From: Auanema rhodensis
Lineage: Eukaryota > Animalia > Nematoda
Direction: 5' to 3'
Assembly: GCA_964057225.1 (NCBI GenBank)
Contig: OZ059895.1
Span: 23,746,001 to 23,810,000 of the forward strand
Length of the DNA: 64,000 nt
Of the stretch, positions 36,201 to 51,200 are shown one piece after another (the first letter of the stretch is position 1; the number at the start of each line of letters is the position of its first letter). The notes under the pieces were generated by a model. It had not been told where the DNA came from, ran no database searches, and saw only the letters and a list, made by a program, of their open reading frames with translations. A program made the position numbers and the translations under genes.

Positions 36201-39200
36201 TGCGGTTTTCAAAATTAGATTCCCCATGTCCATATTAGTCTAAAAACAAATTTTTATTGATATTGGTTCATGGTAACCATGACTTTGAAATTTACGTGAA
36301 CTTTAATTAATGCTAATTAAATGTACACGTGATGTGCACTTGGTATGTAACTCGCTTCACGTGAAAGATAAAGAGATGCGGTTTTCAAAATTAGATTCCC
36401 CATGTCCATATTAGTCTAAAAACAAATTTTTATTGATATTGCTTCATGGTAACCATGACTTTGAAATTTACGTGAATTTAATTTATGCTAATTAAATGTA
36501 CACGTGATGTGCACTTGGTATGTAACTCGCTTCACGTGAAAGATAAAGAGATGCGGTTTTCAAAATTAGATTCCCCATGTCCATATTAGTCTAAAAACAA
36601 ATTTTTATTGATATTGGTTCATGGTAACCATGACTTTGAAATTTACGTGAACTTTAATTTATGCTAATTAAATGTACACGTGATGTGCACTTGGTATGTA
36701 ACTCGCTTCACGTGAAAGATAAAGAGATGCGGTTTTCAAAATTAGATTCCCCATGTCCATATTAGTCTAAAAACAAATTTTTATTGATATTGGTGCATGG
36801 TAACCATGACTTTGAAATTTACGTGAACTTTAATTTATGCTAATTAAATGTACACGTGATGTGCACTTGGTATGTAACTCGCTTCACGTGAAAGATAAAG
36901 AGATGCGGTTTTCAAAATTAGATTCCCCATTTCCATATTAGTCTAAAAACAAATTTTTATTGATATTGGTTCATGGTAACCATGACTTTGAAATTTACGT
37001 GAACTTTAATTTATGCTAATTAAATGTACACGTGATGTGCACTTGGTATGTAACTCGCTTCACGTGAAAGATAAAGAGATGCGGTTTTCAAAATTAGATT
37101 CCCCATGTCCATATTAGTCTAAAAACAAATTTTTATTGATATTGGTTCATGGTAACCATGACTTTGAAATTTACGTGAACTTTAATTTATGCTAATTAAA
37201 TGTACACGTGATGTGCACTTGGTATGTAACTCGCTTCACGTGAAAGATAAAGAGATGCGGTTTTCAAAATTAGATTCCCTATGTCCATATTAGTCTAAAA
37301 ACAAATTTTTATTGATATTGGTTCATGGTAACCATGACTTTGAAATTTACGTGAACTTTAATTTATGCTAATTAAATGTACACGTGATGTGCACTTGGTA
37401 TGTAACTCGCTTCACGTGAAAGATAAAGAGATGCGGTTTTCAAAATTAGATTCCCCATGTCCATATTAGTCTAAAAACAAATTTTTATTGATATTAGTTC
37501 ATGGTAACCATGACTTTGAAATTTACGTGAACTTTAATTTATGCTAATTAAATGTACACGTGATGTGCACTTGGTATGTAACTCGCTTCACGTGAAAGAT
37601 AAAGAGATGCGGTTTTCAAAATTAGATTCCCCATGTCCATATTAGTCTAAAAACAAATTTTTATTGATATTGGTTCATGGTAACCATGACTTTGAAGTTT
37701 ACGTGAACTTTAATTAATGCTAATTAAATGTACACGTGATGTGCACTTGGTATGTAACTCGCTTCACGTGAAAGATAAAGAGATGCGGTTTTCAAAATTA
37801 GATTCCCCATGTCCATATTAGTCTAAAAACAAATTTTTATTGATATTGCTTCATGGTAACCATGACTTTGAAATTTACGTGAATTTAATTTATGCTAATT
37901 AAATGTACACGTGATGTGCACTTGGTATGTAACTCGCTTCACGTGAAAGATAAAGAGATGCGGTTTTCAAAATTAGATTCCCCATGTCCATATTAGTCTA
38001 AAAACAAATTTTTATTGATATTGGTTCATGGTAACCATGACTTTGAAATTTACGTGAACTTTAATTTATGCTAATTAAATGTACACGTGATGTGCACTTG
38101 GTATGTAACTCGCTTCACGTGAAAGATAAAGAGATGCGGTTTTCAAAATTAGATTCCCCATGTCCATATTAGTCTAAAAACAAATTTTTATTGATATTGG
38201 TGCATGGTAACCATGACTTTGAAATTTACGTGAACTTTAATTTATGCTAATTAAATGTACACGTGATGTGCACTTGGTATGTAACTCGCTTCACGTGAAA
38301 GATAAAGAGATGCGGTTTTCAAAATTAGATTCCCCATTTCCATATTAGTCTAAAAACAAATTTTTATTGATATTGGTTCATGGTAACCATGACTTTGAAA
38401 TTTACGTGAACTTTAATTTATGCTAATTAAATGTACACGTGATGTGCACTTGGTATGTAACTCGCTTCACGTGAAAGATAAAGAGATGCGGTTTTCAAAA
38501 TTAGATTCCCCATGTCCATATTAGTCTAAAAACAAATTTTTATTGATATTGGTTCATGGTAACCATGACTTTGAAATTTACGTGAACTTTAATTTATGCT
38601 AATTAAATGTACACGTGATGTGCACTTGGTATGTAACTCGCTTCACGTGAAAGATAAAGAGATGCGGTTTTCAAAATTAGATTCCCTATGTCCATATTAG
38701 TCTAAAAACAAATTTTTATTGATATTGGTTCATGGTAACCATGACTTTGAAATTTACGTGAACTTTAATTTATGCTAATTAAATGTACACGTGATGTGCA
38801 CTTGGTATGTAACTCGCTTCACGTGAAAGATAAAGAGATGCGGTTTTCAAAATTAGATTCCCCATTTCCATATTAGTCTAAAAACAAATTTTTATTGATA
38901 TTGGTTCATGGTAACCATGACTTTGAAATTTACGTGAACTTTAATTTATGCTAATTAAATGTACACGTGATGTGCACTTGGTATGTAACTCGCTTCACGT
39001 GAAAGATAAAGAGATGCGGTTTTCAAAATTAGATTCCCCATGTCCATATTAGTCTAAAAACAAATTTTTATTGATATTGGTGCATGGTAACCATGACTTT
39101 GAAATTTACGTGAACTTTAATTTATGCTAATTAAATGTACACGTGATGTGCACTTGGTATGTAACTCGCTTCACGTGAAAGATAAAGAGATGCGGTTTTC

Positions 39201-42200
39201 AAAATTAGATTCCCCATTTCCATATTAGTCTAAAAACAAATTTTTATTGATATTGGTTCATGGTAACCATGACTTTGAAATTTACGTGAACTTTAATTTA
39301 TGCTAATTAAATGTACACGTGATGTGCACTTGGTATGTAACTCGCTTCACGTGAAAGATAAAGAGATGCGGTTTTCAAAATTAGATTCCCCATTTCCATA
39401 TTAGTCTAAAAACAAATTTTTATTGATATTGGTTCATGGTAACCATGACTTTGAAATTTACGTGAACTTTAATTTATGCTAATTAAATGTACACGTGATG
39501 TGCACTTGGTATGTAACTCGCTTCACGTGAAAGATAAAGAGATGCGGTTTTCAAAATTAGATTCCCCATGTCCATATTAGTCTAAAAACAAATTTTTATT
39601 GATATTGGTTCATGGTAACCATGACTTTGAAATTTACGTGAACTTTAATTTATGCTAATTAAATGTACACGTGATGTGCACTTGGTATGTAACTCGCTTC
39701 ACGTGAAAGATAAAGAGATGCGGTTTTCAAAATTAGATTCCCCATGTCCATATTAGTCTAAAAACAAATTTTTATTGATATTGGTTCATGGTAACCATGA
39801 CTTTGAAATTTACGTGAACTTTAATTTATGCTAATTAAATGTACACGTGATGTGCACTTGGTATGTAACTCGCTTCACGTGAAAGATAAAGAGATGCGGT
39901 TTTCAAAATTAGATTCCCCATGTCCATATTAGTCTAAAAACAAATTTTTATTGATATTGGTGCATGGTAACCATGACTTTGAAATTTACGTGAACTTTAA
40001 TTTATGCTAATTAAATGTACACGTGATGTGCACTTGGTATGTAACTCGCTTCACGTGAAAGATAAAGAGATGCGGTTTTCAAAATTAGATTCCCCATTTC
40101 CATATTAGTCTAAAAACAAATTTTTATTGATATTGGTTCATGGTAACCATGACTTTGAAATTTACGTGAACTTTAATTTATGCTAATTAAATGTACACGT
40201 GATGTGCACTTGGTATGTAACTCGCTTCACGTGAAAGATAAAGAGATGCGGTTTTCAAAATTAGATTCCCCATGTCCATATTAGTCTAAAAACAAATTTT
40301 TATTGATATTGGTTCATGGTAACCATGACTTTGAAATTTACGTGAACTTTAATTTATGCTAATTAAATGTACACGTGATGTGCACTTGGTATGTAACTCG
40401 CTTCACGTGAAAGATAAAGAGATGCGGTTTTCAAAATTAGATTCCCCATGTCCATATTAGTCTAAAAACAAATTTTTATTGATATTAGTTCATGGTAACC
40501 ATGACTTTGAAATTTACGTGAACTTTAATTTATGCTAATTAAATGTACACGTGATGTGCACTTGGTATGTAACTCGCTTCACGTGAAAGATAAAGAGATG
40601 CGGTTTTCAAAATTAGATTCCCCATGTCCATATTAGTCTAAAAACAAATTTTTATTGATATTGGTTCATGGTAACCATGACTTTGAAATTTACGTGAACT
40701 TTAATTAATGCTAATTAAATGTACACGTGATGTGCACTTGGTATGTAACTCGCTTCACGTGAAAGATAAAGAGATGCGGTTTTCAAAATTAGATTCCCCA
40801 TGTCCATATTAGTCTAAAAACAAATTTTTATTGATATTGCTTCATGGTAACCATGACTTTGAAATTTACGTGAATTTAATTTATGCTAATTAAATGTACA
40901 CGTGATGTGCACTTGGTATGTAACTCGCTTCACGTGAAAGATAAAGAGATGCGGTTTTCAAAATTAGATTCCCCATGTCCATATTAGTCTAAAAACAAAT
41001 TTTTATTGATATTGGTTCATGGTAACCATGACTTTGAAATTTACGTGAACTTTAATTTATGCTAATTAAATGTACACGTGATGTGCACTTGGTATGTAAC
41101 TCGCTTCACGTGAAAGATAAAGAGATGCGGTTTTCAAAATTAGATTCCCCATGTCCATATTAGTCTAAAAACAAATTTTTATTGATATTGGTGCATGGTA
41201 ACCATGACTTTGAAATTTACGTGAACTTTAATTTATGCTAATTAAATGTACACGTGATGTGCACTTGGTATGTAACTCGCTTCACGTGAAAGATAAAGAG
41301 ATGCGGTTTTCAAAATTAGATTCCCCATTTCCATATTAGTCTAAAAACAAATTTTTATTGATATTGGTTCATGGTAACCATGACTTTGAAATTTACGTGA
41401 ACTTTAATTTATGCTAATTAAATGTACACGTGATGTGCACTTGGTATGTAACTCGCTTCACGTGAAAGATAAAGAGATGCGGTTTTCAAAATTAGATTCC
41501 CCATGTCCATATTAGTCTAAAAACAAATTTTTATTGATATTGGTTCATGGTAACCATGACTTTGAAATTTACGTGAACTTTAATTTATGCTAATTAAATG
41601 TACACGTGATGTGCACTTGGTATGTAACTCGCTTCACGTGAAAGATAAAGAGATGCGGTTTTCAAAATTAGATTCCCTATGTCCATATTAGTCTAAAAAC
41701 AAATTTTTATTGATATTGGTTCATGGTAACCATGACTTTGAAATTTACGTGAACTTTAATTTATGCTAATTAAATGTACACGTGATGTGCACTTGGTATG
41801 TAACTCGCTTCACGTGAAAGATAAAGAGATGCGGTTTTCAAAATTAGATTCCCCATGTCCATATTAGTCTAAAAACAAATTTTTATTGATATTAGTTCAT
41901 GGTAACCATGACTTTGAAATTTACGTGAACTTTAATTTATGCTAATTAAATGTACACGTGATGTGCACTTGGTATGTAACTCGCTTCACGTGAAAGATAA
42001 AGAGATGCGGTTTTCAAAATTAGATTCCCCATGTCCATATTAGTCTAAAAACAAATTTTTATTGATATTGGTTCATGGTAACCATGACTTTGAAATTTAC
42101 GTGAACTTTAATTAATGCTAATTAATTGTACACGTGATGTGCACTTGGTATGTAACTCGCTTCACGTGAAAGATAAAGAGATGCGGTTTTCAAAATTAGA

Positions 42201-45200
42201 TTCCCCATGTCCATATTAGTCTAAAAACAAATTTTTATTGATATTGGTGCATGGTAACCATGACTTTGAAATTTACGTGAACTTTAATTTATGCTAATTA
42301 AATGTACACGTGATGTGCACTTGGTATGTAACTCGCTTCACGTGAAAGATAAAGAGATGCGGTTTTCAAAATTAGATTCCCCATGTCCATATTAGTCTAA
42401 AAACAAATTTTTATTGATATTGGTTCATGGTAACCATGACTTTGAAATTTACGTGAACTTTAATTTATGCTAATTAAATGTACACGTGATGTGCACTTGG
42501 TATGTAACTCGCTTCACGTAAAAGATAAAGAGATGCGGTTTTCAAAATTAGATTCCCCATTTCCATATTAGTCTAAAAACAAATTTTTATTGATATTGGT
42601 TCATGGTAACCATGACTTTGAAATTTACGTGAACTTTAATTTATGCTAATTAAATGTACACGTGATGTGCACTTGGTATGTAACTCGCTTCACGTGAAAG
42701 ATAAAGAGATGCGGTTTTCAAAATTAGATTCCCCATGTCCATATTAGTCTAAAAACAAATTTTTATTGATATTGGTTCATGGTAACCATGACTTTGAAAT
42801 TTACGTGAACTTTAATTTATGCTAATTAAATGTACACGTGATGTGCACTTGGTATGTAACTCGCTTCACGTGAAAGATAAAGAGATGCGGTTTTCAAAAT
42901 TAGATTCCCTATGTCCATATTAGTCTAAAAACAAATTTTTATTGATATTGGTTCATGGTAACCATGACTTTGAAATTTACGTGAACTTTAATTTATGCTA
43001 ATTAAATGTACACGTGATGTGCACTTGGTATGTAACTCGCTTCACGTGAAAGATAAAGAGATGCGGTTTTCAAAATTAGATTCCCCATGTCCATATTAGT
43101 CTAAAAACAAATTTTTATTGATATTGGTTCATGGTAACCATGACTTTGAAATTTACGTGAACTTTAATTAATGCTAATTAAATGTACACGTGATGTGCAC
43201 TTGGTATGTAACTCGCTTCACGTGAAAGATAAAGAGATGCGGTTTTCAAAATTAGATTCCCCATGTCCATATTAGTCTAAAAACAAATTTTTATTGATAT
43301 TGCTTCATGGTAACCATGACTTTGAAATTTACGTGAATTTAATTTATGCTAATTAAATGTACACGTGATGTGCACTTGGTATGTAACTCGCTTCACGTGA
43401 AAGATAAAGAGATGCGGTTTTCAAAATTAGATTCCCCATGTCCATATTAGTCTAAAAACAAATTTTTATTGATATTGGTTCATGGTAACCATGACTTTGA
43501 AATTTACGTGAACTTTAATTTATGCTAATTAAATGTACACGTGATGTGCACTTGGTATGTAACTCGCTTCACGTGAAAGATAAAGAGATGCGGTTTTCAA
43601 AATTAGATTCCCCATGTCCATATTAGTCTAAAAACAAATTTTTATTGATATTGGTGCATGGTAACCATGACTTTGAAATTTACGTGAACTTTAATTTATG
43701 CTAATTAAATGTACACGTGATGTGCACTTGGTATGTAACTCGCTTCACGTGAAAGATAAAGAGATGCGGTTTTCAAAATTAGATTCCCTATGTCCATATT
43801 AGTCTAAAAACAAATTTTTATTGATATTGGTTCATGGTAACCATGACTTTGAAATTTACGTGAACTTTAATTTATGCTAATTAAATGTACACGTGATGTG
43901 CACTTGGTATGTAACTCGCTTCACGTGAAAGATAAAGAGATGCGGTTTTCAAAATTAGATTCCCCATGTCCATATTAGTCTAAAAACAAATTTTTATTGA
44001 TATTAGTTCATGGTAACCATGACTTTGAAATTTACGTGAACTTTAATTAATGCTAATTAAATGTACACGTGATGTGCACTTGGTATGTAACTCGCTTCAC
44101 GTGAAAGATAAAGAGATGCGGTTTTCAAAATTAGATTCCCCATGTCCATATTAGTCTAAAAACAAATTTTTATTGATATTGCTTCATGGTAACCATGACT
44201 TTGAAATTTACGTGAATTTAATTTATGCTAATTAAATGTACACGTGATGTGCACTTGGTATGTAACTCGCTTCACGTGAAAGATAAAGAGATGCGGTTTT
44301 CAAAATTAGATTCCCCATGTCCATATTAGTCTAAAAACAAATTTTTATTGATATTGGTTCATGGTAACCATGACTTTGAAATTTACGTGAACTTTAATTT
44401 ATGCTAATTAAATGTACACGTGATGTGCACTTGGTATGTAACTCGCTTCACGTGAAAGATAAAGAGATGCGGTTTTCAAAATTAGATTCCCCATGTCCAT
44501 ATTAGTCTAAAAACAAATTTTTATTGATATTGGTGCATGGTAACCATGACTTTGAAATTTACGTGAACTTTAATTTATGCTAATTAAATGTACACGTGAT
44601 GTGCACTTGGTATGTAACTCGCTTCACGTGAAAGATAAAGAGATGCGGTTTTCAAAATTAGATTCCCTATGTCCATATTAGTCTAAAAACAAATTTTTAT
44701 TGATATTGGTTCATGGTAACCATGACTTTGAAATTTACGTGAACTTTAATTTATGCTAATTAAATGTACACGTGATGTGCACTTGGTATGTAACTCGCTT
44801 CACGTGAAAGATAAAGAGATGCGGTTTTCAAAATTAGATTCCCCATGTCCATATTAGTCTAAAAACAAATTTTTATTGATATTAGTTCATGGTAACCATG
44901 ACTTTGAAATTTACGTGAACTTTAATTAATGCTAATTAAATGTACACGTGATGTGCACTTGGTATGTAACTCGCTTCACGTGAAAGATAAAGAGATGCGG
45001 TTTTCAAAATTAGATTCCCCATGTCCATATTAGTCTAAAAACAAATTTTTATTGATATTGCTTCATGGTAACCATGACTTTGAAATTTACGTGAATTTAA
45101 TTTATGCTAATTAAATGTACACGTGATGTGCACTTGGTATGTAACTCGCTTCACGTGAAAGATAAAGAGATGCGGTTTTCAAAATTAGATTCCCCATGTC

Positions 45201-48200
45201 CATATTAGTCTAAAAACAAATTTTTATTGATATTGGTTCATGGTAACCATGACTTTGAAATTTACGTGAACTTTAATTTATGCTAATTAAATGTACACGT
45301 GATGTGCACTTGGTATGTAACTCGCTTCACGTGAAAGATAAAGAGATGCGGTTTTCAAAATTAGATTCCCCATGTCCATATTAGTCTAAAAACAAATTTT
45401 TATTGATATTGGTGCATGGTAACCATGACTTTGAAATTTACGTGAACTTTAATTTATGCTAATTAAATGTACACGTGATGTGCACTTGGTATGTAACTCG
45501 CTTCACGTGAAAGATAAAGAGATGCGGTTTTCAAAATTAGATTCCCCATTTCCATATTAGTCTAAAAACAAATTTTTATTGATATTGGTTCATGGTAACC
45601 ATGACTTTGAAATTTACGTGAACTTTAATTTATGCTAATTAAATGTACACGTGATGTGCACTTGGTATGTAACTCGCTTCACGTGAAAGATAAAGAGATG
45701 CGGTTTTCAAAATTAGATTCCCCATGTCCATATTAGTCTAAAAACAAATTTTTATTGATATTGGTTCATGGTAACCATGACTTTGAAATTTACGTGAACT
45801 TTAATTTATGCTAATTAAATGTACACGTGATGTGCACTTGGTATGTAACTCGCTTCACGTGAAAGATAAAGAGATGCGGTTTTCAAAATTAGATTCCCTA
45901 TGTCCATATTAGTCTAAAAACAAATTTTTATTGATATTGGTTCATGGTAACCATGACTTTGAAATTTACGTGAACTTTAATTTATGCTAATTAAATGTAC
46001 ACGTGATGTGCACTTGGTATGTAACTCGCTTCACGTGAAAGATAAAGAGATGCGGTTTTCAAAAATAGATTCCCCATGTCCATATTAGTCTAAAAACAAA
46101 TTTTTATTGATATTAGTTCATGGTAACCATGACTTTGAAATTTACGTGAACTTTAATTTATGCTAATTAAATGTACACGTGATGTGCACTTGGTATGTAA
46201 CTCGCTTCACGTGAAAGATAAAGAGATGCGGTTTTCAAAATTAGATTCCCCATGTCCATATTAGTCTAAAAACAAATTTTTATTGATATTGGTTCATGGT
46301 AACCATGACTTTGAAATTTACGTGAACTTTAATTAATGCTAATTAATTGTACACGTGATGTGCACTTGGTATGTAACTCGCTTCACGTGAAAGATAAAGA
46401 GATGCGGTTTTCAAAATTAGATTCCCCATGTCCATATTAGTCTAAAAACAAATTTTTATTGATATTGGTGCATGGTAACCATGACTTTGAAATTTACGTG
46501 AACTTTAATTTATGCTAATTAAATGTACACGTGATGTGCACTTGGTATGTAACTCGCTTCACGTGAAAGATAAAGAGATGCGGTTTTCAAAATTAGATTC
46601 CCCATGTCCATATTAGTCTAAAAACAAATTTTTATTGATATTGGTTCATGGTAACCATGACTTTGAAATTTACGTGAACTTTAATTTATGCTAATTAAAT
46701 GTACACGTGATGTGCACTTGGTATGTAACTCGCTTCACGTAAAAGATAAAGAGATGCGGTTTTCAAAATTAGATTCCCCATGTCCATATTAGTCTAAAAA
46801 CAAATTTTTATTGATATTGGTGCATGGTAACCATGACTTTGAAATTTACGTGGACTTTAATTTATGCTAATTAAATGTACACGTGATGTGCACTTGGTAT
46901 GTAACTCGCTTCACGTGAAAGATAAAGAGATGCGGTTTTCAAAATTAGATTCCCCATGTCCATATTAGTCTAAAAACAAATTTTTATTGATATTGCTTCA
47001 TGGTAACCATGACTTTGAAATTTACGTGAACTTTAATTTATGCTAATTAAATGTACACGTGATGTGCACTTGGTTTGTAACTCGCTTCACGTGAAAGATA
47101 AAGAGATGCGGTTTTCAAAATTAGATTCCTCATGTCCATATTAGTCTAAAAACAAATTTTTATTGATATTGGTGCATGGTAACCATGACTTTGAAATTTA
47201 CGTGAACTTTAATTTATGCTAATTAAATGTACACGTGATGTGCACTTGGTATGTAACTCGCTTCACGTGAAAGATAAAGAGATGCGGTTTTCAAAATTAG
47301 ATTCCCCATGTCCATATTAGTCTAAAAACAAATTTTTATTGATATTGGTGCATGGTAACCATGACTTTGAAATTTACGTGAACTTTAATTTATGCTAATT
47401 AAATGTACACGTGATGTGCACTTGGTATGTAACTCGCTTCACGTGAAAGATGAAGAGATGTGGTTTTCAAAATTAGATTCCCCATGTCCATATTAGTCTA
47501 AAAACAAATTTTTATTGATATTGGTTCATGGTAACCATGACTTTGAAATTTACGTGAACTTTAATTTATGCTAATTAAATGTACACGTGATGTGCACTTG
47601 GTATGTAACTCGCTTCACGTGAAAGATAAAGAGATGCGGTTTTCAAAATTAGATTCCCCATGTCCATATTAGTCTAAAAACAAATTTTTATTGATATTGG
47701 TGCATGGTAACCATGACTTTGAAATTTACGTGAACTTTAATTTATGCTAATTAAATGTACACGTGATGTGCACTTGGTATGTAACTCGCTTCACGTGAAA
47801 GATAAAGAGATGCGGTTTTCAAAATTAGATTCCCCATGTCCATATTAGTCTAAAAACAAATTTTTATTGATATTGGTGCATGGTAACCATGACTTTGAAA
47901 TTTACGTGAACTTTAATTTATGCTAATTAAATGTACACGTGATGTGCACTTGGTATGTAACTCGCTTCACGTGAAAGATGAAGAGATGCGGTTTTCAAAA
48001 TTAGATTCCCCATTTCCATATTAGTCTAAAAACAAATTTTTATTGATATTGGTTCATGGTAACCATGACTTTGAAATTTACGTGAACTTTAATTTATGCT
48101 AATTAAATGTACACGTGATGTGCACTTGGTATGTAACTCGCTTCACGTGAAAGATAAAGAGATGCGGTTTTCAAAATTAGATTCCCTATGTCCATATTAG

Positions 48201-51200
48201 TCTAAAAACAAATTTTTATTGATATTGGTTCATGGTAACCATGACTTTGAAATTTACGTGAACTTTAATTTATGCTAATTAAATGTACACGTGATGTGCA
48301 CTTGGTATGTAACTCGCTTCACGTGAAAGATAAAGAGATGCGGTTTTCAAAATTAGATTCCCCATGTCCATATTAGTCTAAAAACAAATTTTTATTGATA
48401 TTGGTTCATGGTAACCATGACTTTGAAATTTACGTGAACTTTAATTTATGCTAATTAAATGTACACGTGATGTGCACTTGGTATGTAACTCGCTTCACGT
48501 GAAAGATAAAGAGATGCGGTTTTCAAAATTAGATTCCCCATGTCCATATTAGTCTAAAAACAAATTTTTATTGATATTGGTGCATGGTAACCATGACTTT
48601 GAAATTTACGTGAACTTTAATTTATGCTAATTAAATGTACACGTGATGTGCACTTGGTATGTAACTCGCTTCACGTGAAAGATAAAGAGATGCGGTTTTC
48701 AAAATTAGATTCCCCATGTCCATATTAGTCTAAAAACAAATTTTTATTGATATTGCTTCATGGTAACCATGACTTTGAAATTTACGTGAACTTTAATTTA
48801 TGCTAATTAAATGTACACGTGATGTGCACTTGGTATGTAACTCGCTTCACGTGAAAGATAAAGAGATGCGGTTTTCAAAATTAGATTCCTCATGTCCATA
48901 TTAGTCTAAAAACAAATTTTTATTGATATTGGTGCATGGTAACCATGACTTTGAAATTTACGTGAACTTTAATTTATGCTAATTAAATGTACACGTGATG
49001 TGCACTTGGTATGTAACTCGCTTCACGTGAAAGATAAAGAGATGCGGTTTTCAAAATTAGATTCCCCATGTCCATATTAGTCTAAAAACAAATTTTTATT
49101 GATATTGGTGCATGGTAACCATGACTTTGAAATTTACGTGAACTTTAATTTATGCTAATTAAATGTACACGTGATGTGCACTTGGTATGTAACTCGCTTC
49201 ACGTGAAAGATGAAGAGATGCGGTTTTCAAAATTAGATTCCCCATGTCCATATTAGTCTAAAAACAAATTTTTATTGATATTGGTTCATGGTAACCATGA
49301 CTTTGAAATTTACGTGAACTTTAATTTATGCTAATTAAATGTACACGTGATGTGCACTTGGTATGTAACTCGCTTCACGTGAAAGATAAAGAGATGCGGT
49401 TTTCAAAATTAGATTCCCCATGTCCATATTAGTCTAAAAACAAATTTTTATTGATATTGGTGCATGGTAACCATGACTTTGAAATTTACGTGAACTTTAA
49501 TTTATGCTAATTAAATGTACACGTGATGTGCACTTGGTATGTAACTCGCTTCACGTGAAAGATAAAGAGATGCGGTTTTCAAAATTAGATTCCCCATGTC
49601 CATATTAGTCTAAAAACAAATTTTTATTGATATTGGTGCATGGTAACCATGACTTTGAAATTTACGTGAACTTTAATTTATGCTAATTAAATGTACACGT
49701 GATGTGCACTTGGTATGTAACTCGCTTCACGTGAAAGATGAAGAGATGCGGTTTTCAAAATTAGATTCCCCATTTCCATATTAGTCTAAAAACAAATTTT
49801 TATTGATATTGGTTCATGGTAACCATGACTTTGAAATTTACGTGAACTTTAATTTATGCTAATTAAATGTACACGTGATGTGCACTTGGTATGTAACTCG
49901 CTTCACGTGAAAGATAAAGAGATGCGGTTTTCAAAATTAGATTCCCTATGTCCATATTAGTCTAAAAACAAATTTTTATTGATATTGGTTCATGGTAACC
50001 ATGACTTTGAAATTTACGTGAACTTTAATTTATGCTAATTAAATGTACACGTGATGTGCACTTGGTATGTAACTCGCTTCACGTGAAAGATAAAGAGATG
50101 CGGTTTTCAAAATTAGATTCCCCATGTCCATATTAGTCTAAAAACAAATTTTTATTGATATTGGTTCATGGTAACCATGACTTTGAAATTTACGTGAACT
50201 TTAATTTATGCTGATTAAATGTACACGTGATGTGCACTTGGTATGTAACTCGCTTCACGTGAAAGATAAAGAGATGCGGTTTCCAAAATTAGATTCCCCA
50301 TGTCCATATTAGTCTAAAAACAAATTTTTATTGATATTAGTTCATGGTAACCATGACTTTGAAATTTACGTGAACTTTAATTTATGCTAATTAAATGTAC
50401 ACGTGATGTGCACTTGGTATGTAACTCGCTTCACGTGAAAGATAAAGAGATGCGGTTTTCAAAATTAGATTCCCCATGTTCATATTAGTCTAAAAACAAA
50501 TTTTTATTGATATTGGTTCATGGTAACCATGACTTTGAAATTTACGTGAACTTTAATTTATGCTGATTAAATGTACACGTGATGTGCACTTGGTATGTAA
50601 CTCGCTTCACGTGAAAGATAAAGAGATGCGGTTTTCAAAATTAGATTCCCTATGTCCATATTAGTCTAAAAACAAATTTTTATTGATATTGGTTCATGGT
50701 AACCATGACTTTGAAATTTACGTGAACTTTAATTTATGCTAATTAAATGTACACGTGATGTGCACTTGGTATGTAACTCGCTTCACGTGAAAGATAAAGA
50801 GATGCGGTTTTCAAAATTAGATTCCCCATGTCCATATTAGTCTAAAAACAAATTTTTATTGATATTAGTTCATGGTAACCATGACTTTGAAATTTACGTG
50901 AACTTTAATTTATGCTAATTAAATGTACACGTGATGTGCACTTGGTATGTAACTCGCTTCACGTGAAAGATAAAGAGATGCGGTTTTCAAAATTAGATTC
51001 CCCATGTCCATATTAGTCTAAAAACAAATTTTTATTGATATTGGTTCATGGTAACCATGACTTTGAAATTTACGTGAACTTTAATTAATGCTAATTAAAT
51101 GTACACGTGATGTGCACTTGGTATGTAACTCGCTTCACGTGAAAGATAAAGAGATGCGGTTTTCAAAATTAGATTCCCCATGTCCATATTAGTCTAAAAA

